A stretch of 64,000 bases of DNA, taken from the IMG/VR virus record IMGVR_UViG_3300035208_001463, positions 1 through 64,000 of that record. The stretch is one strand, 5' to 3'. Both the position numbers and the translations under genes were made by a program. This DNA is from a virus (taxonomy: Duplodnaviria; Caudoviricetes). The notes under the pieces were generated by a model. The model was not told where the DNA came from, did no database searches, and saw only the letters and a list, made by a program, of their open reading frames with translations. Of the stretch, positions 52,061 through 62,476 are shown in pieces; the stretch's first letter is position 1, and each line of letters starts with the position of its first letter.

Positions 52061-52486
52061 ATGACCGATGAAGAATGTCCATTAACAGCAAACCCGTGTA
52101 GGCATTGTTCTAGTGAACACGTATATCGTCCATATACGAAGGTAGAAAAAGATCCGAAAACCAATTTGTTCAGACCCGTAGGTATTGGGAAAATGGAAAT
52201 ATTTTTGGGTCACTACTGTAATAATGTTTGTTGTTGGTGCGATCAATTGGGAGGGTGTCCGATACCCGATGATCTGATACGACAGGGGAAGATGATTGAA
52301 GAAAACGAATTGGTGAAAGAGAAGGAGCGTGTGAAGGAAGAGAGGAGGAAAGCGAGAGAAAAAGCAAAGCGTGTGGCTGTTAAAAGTGCTGCGGGGAAAC
52401 CAATTAAACGACTCACAAAGGTAACAAAAGCAAAACCACAGAATAAGAAAGGTGTTACGAAGGGTGTGACAAAACGAAAACTTTAA
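52061..52486 (+). CDS. Cys-rich protein with Lys-rich tail
   Basis: CRHC, CNNVCCWC, basic C-terminus. Confidence 0.55.
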   Translation: MTDEECPLTANPCRHCSSEHVYRPYTKVEKDPKTNLFRPVGIGKMEIFLGHYCNNVCCWCDQLGGCPIPDDLIRQGKMIEENELVKEKERVKEERRKAREKAKRVAVKSAAGKPIKRLTKVTKAKPQNKKGVTKGVTKRKL

Positions 52487-53526
52487 ATAAAATAATTCTC
52501 TTTATATTTATACTTGTTGGTGCTTTTCTTCGTATTTTTAATGTGGGGTATCAATGTTTGTGGACGGAGGAAATTTACAGTCTCGAAATATCTTCTTTGT
52601 CAATCACAGACTTAATATTTAAATCTTTCGCTTCTGATTTCAATCCTCCCATTTACTATATCTTCGCGCACATATCACTTATTTTAACGAGTGGATTAGA
52701 TTTTTCGATTAGATACCCATCGGTAATAACAGGGATATTATTAATTCCTGTGATGTATTGGCTTGGTGCTACGTATAAAGATGAGGCGACGGGAATTTAT
52801 TGCGCGGGTCTTACAACCATACTACTTCCATTCATATATTACGCTCAATTCGGACGCGCGTATTCAATGTCTTTATTGTTCTTCGCGCTCGCGTTGGTTT
52901 ATTATATTAAAGTGAAAAACGAAAACACACGAACCGATAGAATTTTGTTTTGGGCGTTGGCAGTAATAAACGTGTGGATACATCTGTTTGCTGCAATACC
53001 CATTGGATTAATGTGTGTAGACCTATTACTTGACCGAAAACATTGGTTGTGTGGAATTGGTGCAGGAATATGTAGTTTGCCGCTTCTAGGTATGCTGGTG
53101 AATGTTTTAAGCACACGTACACACCAAGCGTTTAATTATGGTGCTTCAATTATTCAAATGGTTGTGCTGACACCAATGGAATTTTTCAACACTATATTCT
53201 TGAATATCTTTGTATTGGCGGGTGTAGGCGCGTGGTATGATAAAAATCCCATTAAAAAGAATTTAATAGTGATAACGGTAATTACGTTGATTGTGGGGGT
53301 TGTGGGATCTTGTTATACTCCGTTCTTCCCACGATACTATATGACGGTATCGTTGATTATTCTGTTGATGTGTTCGGCGGGTATTGTAGAATTGACGAAA
53401 ACATGTTCCAAAAAAATAGGTAAAAATTTAGATTATATTATTCTGATAATACTATTTGTGGTATTTATCTGGATGGAATTTCCTAATTTGGTGAGTCATT
53501 ATACTATAATGCAGTATGAGTGTTAA
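52474..53526 (+). CDS. GT-C (PMT/ArnT-like) membrane glycosyltransferase
   Basis: LRIFNVGYQCLWTEE, DFNPPIYY, IRYPS, YYAQFGRAYS, PRY; multiple TMs; frame extends upstream of track start 52543 to an ACG codon. Confidence 0.8.
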   Translation, partial: TKTLNKIILFIFILVGAFLRIFNVGYQCLWTEEIYSLEISSLSITDLIFKSFASDFNPPIYYIFAHISLILTSGLDFSIRYPSVITGILLIPVMYWLGATYKDEATGIYCAGLTTILLPFIYYAQFGRAYSMSLLFFALALVYYIKVKNENTRTDRILFWALAVINVWIHLFAAIPIGLMCVDLLLDRKHWLCGIGAGICSLPLLGMLVNVLSTRTHQAFNYGASIIQMVVLTPMEFFNTIFLNIFVLAGVGAWYDKNPIKKNLIVITVITLIVGVVGSCYTPFFPRYYMTVSLIILLMCSAGIVELTKTCSKKIGKNLDYIILIILFVVFIWMEFPNLVSHYTIMQYEC

Positions 53527-54014
53527 AAAAGAATTAAATCTTATGATCCTTCACGTATTCCAGAAACGCCAAATATGCAAATTTCTTTCCTTCTTCTCTT
53601 GATTTGAATCCTTGAATATCATGGAAAGAAAATGCACTCATTAATTTGTCTGATGTTATCATAGGGCTTTTTACTTTATGCGACCAGAAAAATTCAAAAG
53701 CATCTTTAGTATTGGTGAAATTCTTTGAAGTAAGAGCACCATTTGCTTTGTTGTAAATGACTTTGTAGATCACTTTTTTCCCACCTCATAATAAAATTAA
53801 ATTTTGTCTCTTAATGCTTCATAAGCATTTTTATATTCAATACCATTTACAAATTTCCATTGATCTCCTTTTGAAACATATTTAGTAAGTCTCCAATGAT
53901 CACCTATTGAAACGGCACGGAGTTTTTCTCCTTTCTTCCCAATCGCATAAACATTATTTTTAGTAGAAGATATGATTTTTCCAGATTTAATAGATTTTGA
54001 TTTTTTGGTTGCTC

Positions 54015-54194
54015 TCATTTCCCCAACCCCCCAATAACAGATCCAGCTAAAGCTACCCCCATTCCAGCAATAGCGACATTTCCAACCATTTGAGTGGTTG
54101 CTTCCATCGTCCTTTCCATACTTTTAATTCCCTCGAATTCGGGGGATTTGCGCTTCTGCGGCTTACGTTTTGTTGTTTTTGTTTTGCGTGGCAT
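54015..54194 (-). CDS. basic protein with C-terminal Gly-rich membrane helix (59 aa, not in track)
   Basis: MPRKTKTTKRKPQKRKS...VAIAGMGVALAGSVIGGLGK. Confidence 0.65.
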   Translation of the reverse strand: MPRKTKTTKRKPQKRKSPEFEGIKSMERTMEATTQMVGNVAIAGMGVALAGSVIGGLGK

Positions 54195-54589
54195 GATTAC
54201 TCGTCCGTTTTATTTCTATGATAATTTGAATAGTTTATATCAGTGCGGTGTTTACTCGATTTTCCTTTAACCTTTCTAATTTTTCGCGTGTTTGCTACCG
54301 ATTCGTTAACATCTAATCTATATCTTCCCCGCGATTCTTTCTTTAATTTAACTGTACCTATTCTTTTATGTGATTGTACCATGTTATTTCACACCTTCTT
54401 CGTATGCGCCCAAACTGTGTAAATGTATCTATCTACATCTTTGTCTTTAGTTACATGCACAATTTCGGTGCCATATTTACGAACTCTCTTTGCTTCAGCA
54501 TCAGCATCTTTTTTAGTGTTGTGATATCCAACAACATAAAATTTCTTGTGATTAAAGATTCTCGATTGCATTTTTCACTTCCTCCCTTT

Positions 54590-54790
54590 CTAAATCCCCA
54601 ACTTCTTCTCCATCTTTTTCAATTCTACATAATACTGTGAACTTTCCAAAAGATGATCTTTCGCAATTGCTTTTGCCACACGTTTGCTTTTGGTATGTTC
54701 CATCTCTACCTTTATACCATATTTTAATTGTGTGGCATCAAAAAAAGAATCTGGATATTTTGAACCTTTGCCACCAATTTTTGTAGTCAT
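54590..54790 (-). CDS. DUF5661-like protein
   Basis: GIKVEMEHT....AKAIAKDHL.E...YY.EL. Confidence 0.7.
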   Translation of the reverse strand: MTTKIGGKGSKYPDSFFDATQLKYGIKVEMEHTKSKRVAKAIAKDHLLESSQYYVELKKMEKKLGI

Positions 54791-57700
54791 TCCCTCTTAC
54801 CTCCAATCTTATTCCTTGCTAATGTTTCCCAAATGCTAAATGGCTTCATATACGTTTTTTCTTCTGTCGCTATTTTTACTTCCGGTTCTCCTTTTAGATG
54901 AAGACGGAGAAATTCGGACATGGTTATTTACCACTCAAACGTATCAAATCTTTTTCCACCGATGCTCTTCTTAAATGCGTGTTTACCCTTGTGCCGCCTT
55001 CCGAAATATAGATCATCTACAGCAAGTTTGGTTGGTTCATAACCACCCATCATAGAACTATGACGGTGGACTTTGGATTTTGTGCGTGTTCCGTATTTTC
55101 TTGTAGAAGTCATTTTAATCTACCTCAATTTCCCATTATAAAATTCATGCGCGGTCTTTTCAATAAGATGAAGTCTCCAATTCTTCCCAACCTTTTTGAC
55201 TTCGTAGCGTTTAATCATACTACCAATCTTTTGCACATAAGTCAGACCTACCGCGCGCTGCCCGGCTTTCTGTGCCTCAATTTTAGTTGGGTATTCACCT
55301 TCAACGTATCGTTTTCTTGACATTTCACAACCTCTAGATATACTTTCTACGTTATAGAAAATATTGCTATGTCTAATAGGTTAAATGTCAAAGTATAAAT
55401 AGTTATCTATTGTTGGAAAAAAGAGAAAATATTTGATTATATTATTATACAATAGGCTTCATCTGTTTAATTGCATATGGGACATCGCGCTTCAATCTAA
55501 TATATGAACTCAAATTAACATTGTGATAATTGGCAAATTTTTCTCTTGCTTGTTTCCCATTAATTGCAACAACGGGTCTGAAATCTTCTGTTCCACTCCA
55601 CCCGATATAAAAAATCTTTGGTTCTCCGGTTTTTGATTTAACAGCAACCATGATTTTTTTCCTATTTATTAGCGCGATCCGCATTCAACAACGCATTCGC
55701 GCGCTTCTTCATAAGTGCCGTTACACGAACCATCTTATTTCCCGTGGTTGTCGGGTTGTGTGCCACCATTCCAATCTTGGTATCCACAATTGCTTGGAGA
55801 AAAGTTAAAGGAATCTTTTCACTTGACGGTACACCGAGCTGCTTGTGAAATACACCTTTACCGGCCCGCTTAAAAGCGTCTTGCATCCATAGATTTGTTT
55901 TGCGCATTTTTGTTTCACCTTTAATCAATATTACTCTCTATTCCCACCACGACCAATAATATGAATCTTCCCCAATGGGTTTCGATTCATCATGGTGTTT
56001 TCCCCATCCGGCTGCAAAGCAACCTTATCCGACCCACCACCAGCCTCCTTCGCGCGGTTCATAAGGCCAAAGATGTCAACTTTCATCTTAATCCCTGTTC
56101 CCGCCCTTACCGGTAACGTTTCGGAATCTTCCAAGAAGCCCGTTGGAAAGCATACTCTCTCCCTGCGCTCCGGGTACGCTGTCTTGGCGTTCCTTCGTGT
56201 ATCCAGCAGTGCGATCCATGATTCCTTTTAAGTCAGGTGTCTTCATAAAGTCTTAATCTTCCCGAGGATTTTGGTTGTTTCCTCTTTTGTCTTACCCCAC
56301 GCATTATTGGCATCAAGCGGTTGCCCGTGATGCTTATTGTGGAGTATTGTTTGATCAGTTGTATGTTCCATATACTTAAACCTTTTGGTTAGTTTTTCGT
56401 TTGCTTCTTCGGCTACGTTGAATAGGTGTTTCATAATAATCTACCTCTTGTGTATATAAACAACATACCATGTTTGTGTATCCACAACACGAGCAAGATA
56501 TCCTTCTTTTCTTAATCGTTTTGCTTCCAAATTTGCTCTTTCTTTTGTTGAGAATGGATGATAAACATGATATGTTTTATCTCCAAATTTTCGTGTTCTT
56601 TCACTCATTTCCTCACCATCTTCTTCGTCTCTTTTTCCACACGCTCTACAACACCAGAAACAATCTTCTTCATTGATTCCAAACTAGACATTTTCTTGTG
56701 TGCTTCACAATGCGACTTTGACACTTCTTTGTTAAGTGTGTTGTATTTCAATACATCTTTGGGGTTGACTTTTTCAAGACCCCCTACTGTAGGTTCTTTC
56801 ATATTACTTCTCCCTCACATGTGTAGGCACATTATCTGCGCGAACGGGATTGATATTGCCCGTCGACGGGTGGAACTTGAACCACGCTCGTGCGCCACCC
56901 GGATGTGTTACAACAATATAGTTGTCTCCGGTCTCGCTGTCATACCGCGTTCCATACTTATCACCACGGAAGAATTTCATTGTTGAGTGGTCAAAGAAAT
57001 GACCACTTGATCGATTCTTCATTTCTTGTAGTGTATATCTACGTGTTTTGTTGGTCATGATAAATTACTTCCCCTTCTTCATTTCTCTCACTACATCTTC
57101 AATTTCCCCCTGCATTCCAGAAAGAAGTTCAACGGCAATTGCTTTTTTGGTAGAAGTGGGGATAACACCAATTTTCTTTTCATAATATTCTTCCGCTGCT
57201 CTTTTATATTTTTTAATGCCGGTTTCGGCGAGATATGTGACTAGTTTGATTGCCTTCTCGCGTTCATATATTCCTTTCACTTTCTTCTTCGCGAGATTCA
57301 CAACAATCGGTCTGTATTGCTGACGATAAAGTGTGCCATCAGATTCTACAGAGTCAACAATATATTGTGCAAATCCTCCGATACGTGTTCCAGATTTCAT
57401 TTCAAACCCTCGCACCCTTCGCAACAAACACTCCATAACGGAGTCGCCCTGCTTCCTTACCGAGATCCACAACAATAGCGAGTGTCATATAATCCTTATG
57501 CATTCGTCCTGCTTGTGTTCCCAAGTCGCGCGCAGATGCCTTTGCAGTCTGCACGTTTTCATATGCATCATAAATCGAATAAACATGACCACGGAATGAA
57601 TATCGCGTGATGTCTGGTGATTTCGCTCTGTGAATCATAGTTATTTCCTCCCCAAAATTTCAATCTCGTATACTCTAAATGGGGCGTCTGTATACATATA

Positions 57701-58963
57701 GTTTACGGAAAGTTTGTGTCCCTTTGCAGAAGGGTGATTCTTACGAAATGTTGCTTCTGCATTCTTTTTGTTGTGTGCTGCTTGGAGAGTCATATTATTT
57801 CCTTCCTCCGGACTTCCCTTTAATTGATGTAGGTGATTTCCATGTGCTATACTGATATCCGGTAATATATCCTCCGATGTATAGAGTGTGGATATAATTT
57901 TTCCATGCTTCTCGCATTTCAAATTTATTGCTTTCTCCGTAATGTTTAATAGTGGATGGTAAAATGTTTTTTATAAAATATTTTTCTGCTTCTCGTTTTA
58001 ATAATTTAGTTACCATAATTATTTCCTCCGTTTAGGAACTTTCACAAGTGATTTTTCCGCCCATGTTAAATACTGTCCTTGTGGTCCATGTACCTTATAA
58101 TGCCAACCAATATGTCCTTCAAATCTGTAATCAAGGTATCCAATTTTCCCCACATAATATGTGGAATCTTTAACTTTAACAATATCGCCAATTTTGTATT
58201 TTGGTTTTCTTACATTGCGTCCGTTGTAATACATTTTACTTACTCCCCCAATAAATAAACACCGCGTATGGTTTTGATTCAATATAACTTTTTCTGATTA
58301 TAAGTTTACTATTTGAATTACCTTTGTGTATCATTGCAGATTTACCCTTAATTTCAGCATATCGTTTTGAAGAATATGAGTTGTAATAAACATAAAGTTT
58401 TCCATTTATTTTCCTAGTTGGTTCAAATACCATTTTAAACCACCACAATCCTCCCCCCTCTTGAAGAGGTAGGAACCAATGTAATCTTGTTGTTCCCCAG
58501 ATCCTTTCTGATTTCTACTTGTCCCTCTGACATCGGAATTGGATCATCCGGATCTCCAAGAATCTTAACTTTGTAAGGAACAGGACGTCCATTAACGCGC
58601 CGTCCCTTTGGAACGGTCATTACGAGATTGCCTTTTGCGCGGGAATAGTGGCCTATTTCGATGGACATGGTTACTTCCTCCTGACGTAAACATGATACCA
58701 ATTTCTCATTTCTTTTTCAATTCGCACGTAGTGCGTGGGTTCATAATATTTTTTCCAATAATTTGCCCGAGCCATTGTGTGTACAGAATGTGCGTGTCTA
58801 AATCTCATACCATTAAAAACTTCTGTTTTTTCTGATTCGCCACGGTGATTTTCAACCATTTTTCTCTCCTATCCCATATAGTGAGTTTTCACGATAAATT
58901 AATTTTGTTGTTATGAGATATGAAAATAGTTTGTGGTTATAGTATATAAATGTTTGCTTAAAA

Positions 58964-60148
58964 TTATTTTTTGTATTTCTTAATAATATTTGCATGTTTA
59001 ACTTTGTAAATCTCATATTCTTCTTTTGTCAAATAACACTTTTTACCTTCTTTCGTTCGTTGTTCAACACGATCTTCTAAAAATTTAATCCACCAAATTT
59101 TATCCCTTCCAGATTTTTTATTCCCCCTCACAATTCCGTGTTCTTCATGTGTTAATAAAACAAATTTATTGGGATCTTCTTTGATATAATATTTAATCCA
59201 ATCCGGGTTTTTATTTGAACCGTTATTAATCCAAGCGTAATATCCTCCAGCGTCCTCATCCCAAATGCAACATGCTTTCTCTTGCCAGTATAAGTGATGT
59301 CTATCTAATGCATATCCCCTATGGTTTTCAAATCTCGTTTTACCAGATAATATGCTTTTAAAATCATAAGCTGCATCTATACGATTCTTTAAATCTTTAT
59401 TCCATTTTTCACAATAATATAATCTCGTTGGGCCGCGTAAAATATGGTGACCATACCAAAATAGTTCTCCGGTTAATTGTTCTATCCAAGATACATTTTC
59501 ACTTCGGAGTATCATGCTTTCTTTATTTTTAGGATCATTCATCCTTTTTATCATACCACTTTTAAAATTTTTTATATACTCTTCGTTTTCTTTATGGAGA
59601 AGTAACACAGTATTTCGTATTTTTTCTACATTTTCCTTGTTTTTACAAGCGCAATCAAAACATCTATAATTCTCCTCGGGTTTATCAAAATTGCATTTAT
59701 AGTCGGTTCTTTCCTTCCCACAGTCTATACATTTATAAGTTACGGTTCCAACACGTATGTGTTTTCTAGAACATTTGTAGCACCTGTATTCAGATATTTT
59801 GTAGTGTTTGGCATCACTCGGTCTTACTTTTCTTTCTCTACCACAATCAGAACATTTTAATACTATTCGTTCGGATCTTCTATTTTTCTGTGCACATGTA
59901 TAACATCTATACTCTTCACGTGGCTTTTTAAAATCGGATGGGTATAAAGTTCTCTCTTTTCCACAATCTATGCACGCATAAGTTACTTTATTATTTTTCC
60001 TTCTATCCGGATTTATTTCCCACCAATGTTTACCAGCACATGAATGGCATCTATAGTCTTCTATCCATACACCGTCTTTATAAAAACGAGATTTTTGTGC
60101 TGTCTTCTCTTTTCCACAATCAACACAATATCTAGTGATTATTACCAT
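58964..60148 (-). CDS. Zn-ribbon repeat protein with C-terminal HNH-like domain
   Basis: Four CxDCG(K/R)E(R/K)...YRCxxC units; YCEKWN...LDRHH...FVLLTHEEH. Confidence 0.75.
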   Translation of the reverse strand: MVIITRYCVDCGKEKTAQKSRFYKDGVWIEDYRCHSCAGKHWWEINPDRRKNNKVTYACIDCGKERTLYPSDFKKPREEYRCYTCAQKNRRSERIVLKCSDCGRERKVRPSDAKHYKISEYRCYKCSRKHIRVGTVTYKCIDCGKERTDYKCNFDKPEENYRCFDCACKNKENVEKIRNTVLLLHKENEEYIKNFKSGMIKRMNDPKNKESMILRSENVSWIEQLTGELFWYGHHILRGPTRLYYCEKWNKDLKNRIDAAYDFKSILSGKTRFENHRGYALDRHHLYWQEKACCIWDEDAGGYYAWINNGSNKNPDWIKYYIKEDPNKFVLLTHEEHGIVRGNKKSGRDKIWWIKFLEDRVEQRTKEGKKCYLTKEEYEIYKVKHANIIKKYKK

Positions 60149-60259
60149 TATTTAATTATATGTTTTTATAGTATATAAATTGTTCTGATCATAAAATACT
60201 ATAATAAATTTCAAAAGTTTCATCGAAAAAAGATATTTTATTTTTATTTTATTAGGAGT

Positions 60260-60341
60260 GGTGAAAAACATCCTCTTATGAGAGAGGGAAGCATAAACCG
60301 CTTGCCACGCGTGGCAGTCTCACCGTCACGGATTTTGACGG
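60260..60341. ncRNA. candidate structured RNA/DNA element (multi-hairpin)
   Basis: GC-rich intergenic island: GGTGA/TCACC enclosing CCTCT/AGAGG, AAGC/GCTT, TGCCAC/GTGGCA, followed by CCGTCA/TGACGG. Confidence 0.4.
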
Positions 60342-60358
60342 ATCATCGCCGGGTTAAA

Positions 60359-60547
60359 TTAATCCATAGTATATGGGTATTTATAAAATTTGTGCTTTAC
60401 TCCACTACCGTTGCAACACGGGCACACAACATTTAGGCCCGTTTGAGCATTTCGTTGTACCCCAGATCCACCACAGCATTTACAAGTATTATCTTTTGGA
60501 ATAGGATCTCCAATTCGATTATTATTAAGTTTATTAAATTCAATCAT
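60359..60547 (-). CDS. DnaJ-type zinc-finger microprotein
   Basis: CKCCGGSG...CPCCNGSG. Confidence 0.65.
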   Translation of the reverse strand: MIEFNKLNNNRIGDPIPKDNTCKCCGGSGVQRNAQTGLNVVCPCCNGSGVKHKFYKYPYTMD

Positions 60548-60697
60548 ATTGTCGTCACCAACTCATAAGGTGGAACAGAAATTCCCAATGCACACATATG
60601 TGGAATATCCTCAACATTGTGTGTTTTGAACACACATTCTCTACTATCGCACCATTTGCATATCCAAATGTATGAATATCTCATGTCTTTCATATGA

Positions 60698-61366
60698 TCA
60701 CCTCACCCCCACTTTCGCACGAAACCCATCAAAGATTTCACTCATCCGAATATCATACAAGAAATCTTCGAATGGTTTTGGATCTACTTCATCCGGAAGC
60801 ATAGACTTTTCTTTTGCAAGATCAAGATATCTAAACCATTTTCCGATATTCTCATTTGTTATTTCATCTTCGGGTGGTTTGAATTCGATTTTGTGATTCA
60901 TAAGCATTGTAACCCCGAATTGAAGTGTTCGCATAGTGGTTGCTTTGCTTTTTAACGGGTCTTTTACACTTGCACGTTTTATTGCATCATTGAGTTGTGA
61001 ATGTGCCATTCCATTAATAGATGCATAGGATGACTTTGAAAGATTGTCGGTTACAATATCACGAAGTTTTGAAAGCCATTCGCTATCTTTATGAATGATT
61101 GGCGAGCATACGCTCCATATTGCATTTACATTGCCTTTTTTAAGCAGGTTGACAAGATGACCAATCTCCATATATTGTGCATCGATTTCTTTTGTATTCT
61201 CGAAGTAGGATTTTGCTGCACGGGTCTTTTCGAATGTGCTACCGCGCAGGTATTCGGAAGATGGCTGTTGAAATACATGGAACAGATCATAATCTGAACT
61301 GGGAGTGGCCATTCCCCACATACGGGAGCCTACTTCGGTGATGAAGAGATAGTTATCAGTCATCAT
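60698..61366 (-). CDS. Pol-beta superfamily nucleotidyltransferase (YcgL/RlaP-like)
   Basis: GSRMWGMATPSSDYD, KGNVN. Confidence 0.82.
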   Translation of the reverse strand: MMTDNYLFITEVGSRMWGMATPSSDYDLFHVFQQPSSEYLRGSTFEKTRAAKSYFENTKEIDAQYMEIGHLVNLLKKGNVNAIWSVCSPIIHKDSEWLSKLRDIVTDNLSKSSYASINGMAHSQLNDAIKRASVKDPLKSKATTMRTLQFGVTMLMNHKIEFKPPEDEITNENIGKWFRYLDLAKEKSMLPDEVDPKPFEDFLYDIRMSEIFDGFRAKVGVR

Positions 61367-61874
61367 ACCATCTCGAAGGTCTCCCATTCACCCAATCGTG
61401 TTTATAAGCCTCATCCCTCGTCACTTCAATTGTAACGCGGTCATCGTCTCTCCAATACCTGTCATTGTAGTAATAATATCGTGTATTGCTCCAATGGTGC
61501 GAGATGATGTTTATGTAGTCCACTTTATAAACAATCGCATTATATGGCGTGTATGTCGATACAACATGAAACTGTACACGATCTCCAATATTTAATTCAT
61601 CGTAGTATGAATAAGGAACATCAAAGATCCTAGTATCCTCTCTTATATTGACCTGCGCGAAACCCGCTGCACACGTCATGCTCGATATTGTAACCACATT
61701 CGTGAGATATGTAGGATCAGGCGTTGGTGTAGGCACAGGAGTAGGTGCAACCGTTACTACTGTGGGAGCGTTTACGTGTCCGTAGTTGTATCCTGCGTAG
61801 GCAATTGATGCTGATAAAAGCAGGATTGCGATGACAAAGATCGGGGTTGTGATGTCTTTTGTGTCGATGGTCAT
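61356..61874 (-). CDS. membrane-anchored protein with Pro/Thr linker
   Basis: N-terminal TM, PTPVPTPTP. Confidence 0.6.
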   Translation of the reverse strand: MTIDTKDITTPIFVIAILLLSASIAYAGYNYGHVNAPTVVTVAPTPVPTPTPDPTYLTNVVTISSMTCAAGFAQVNIREDTRIFDVPYSYYDELNIGDRVQFHVVSTYTPYNAIVYKVDYINIISHHWSNTRYYYYNDRYWRDDDRVTIEVTRDEAYKHDWVNGRPSRWYDD

Positions 61875-62085
61875 TTAAATCACCTCATCATGATATTTAC
61901 ATTCAATTGCATCATCATCACCGTTAACATAATATTCGCAACCAAGACAATCCTCTGCGTTTGCGGAACCATCTTCTGAAATGGGGCAATCTCCTATGAT
62001 TTTAGAAATGTTATGAAACGTTGTCATTTCTTTTCACCACTTTGTTAATTCTGTATACGCGTTATTAGTATTTATACTTTATCTT

Positions 62086-62439
62086 TCAATGTCCGGGTTT
62101 CTTTATAACGAATTCCCCATTCTTCTTTAGTATAATTCTCGTGTGCATCTTGTGTTTTTGCCAATGTGCGAAAACATCAAATTTGGACTGTATTTCGTTT
62201 CCTCCCCATGTATATATTCCACCTTCGAGTTCCCAAACGTATGGAGTGGAATCTTTCTTTTGATGTCCATATACCTTTCTTCGGGGTTTCCCAAATAGTT
62301 CATTTAAAGCGTGTTTTAAATTAATATTTATATCTTTCCACAATTGTTTTCCTTCTACACCAACCGCAATTATCGAATCCCCATTTATCCTAGCATCGGG
62401 GCGACCTGTTAGAAACACCATTGTTATTTTTTCAGTCAT
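62086..62439 (-). CDS. hypothetical protein
   Basis: 117 aa ORF. Confidence 0.5.
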   Translation of the reverse strand: MTEKITMVFLTGRPDARINGDSIIAVGVEGKQLWKDININLKHALNELFGKPRRKVYGHQKKDSTPYVWELEGGIYTWGGNEIQSKFDVFAHWQKHKMHTRIILKKNGEFVIKKPGH

Positions 62440-62476
62440 ATAATATACACTTCGCTGTTTGCATATTTATACTTTT

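Larger units (their letters stand above)
53534..58859 (-). other. array of about 25 co-oriented small, mostly Lys/Arg-rich proteins
   Basis: Tightly packed ORFs of about 40-110 aa, most with GGAGG/GAGGT RBS; promoters near 55395 and 58895. Confidence 0.75.

Noticed and set aside
60300-60352. Hammerhead ribozyme, C/D box RNA or fluoride riboswitch on the minus strand (GGCGATGA...GAGAC)
   Set aside because: Core consensus not met: no CUGAUGA/GAAA, no CUGA box D, no fluoride-switch pairing
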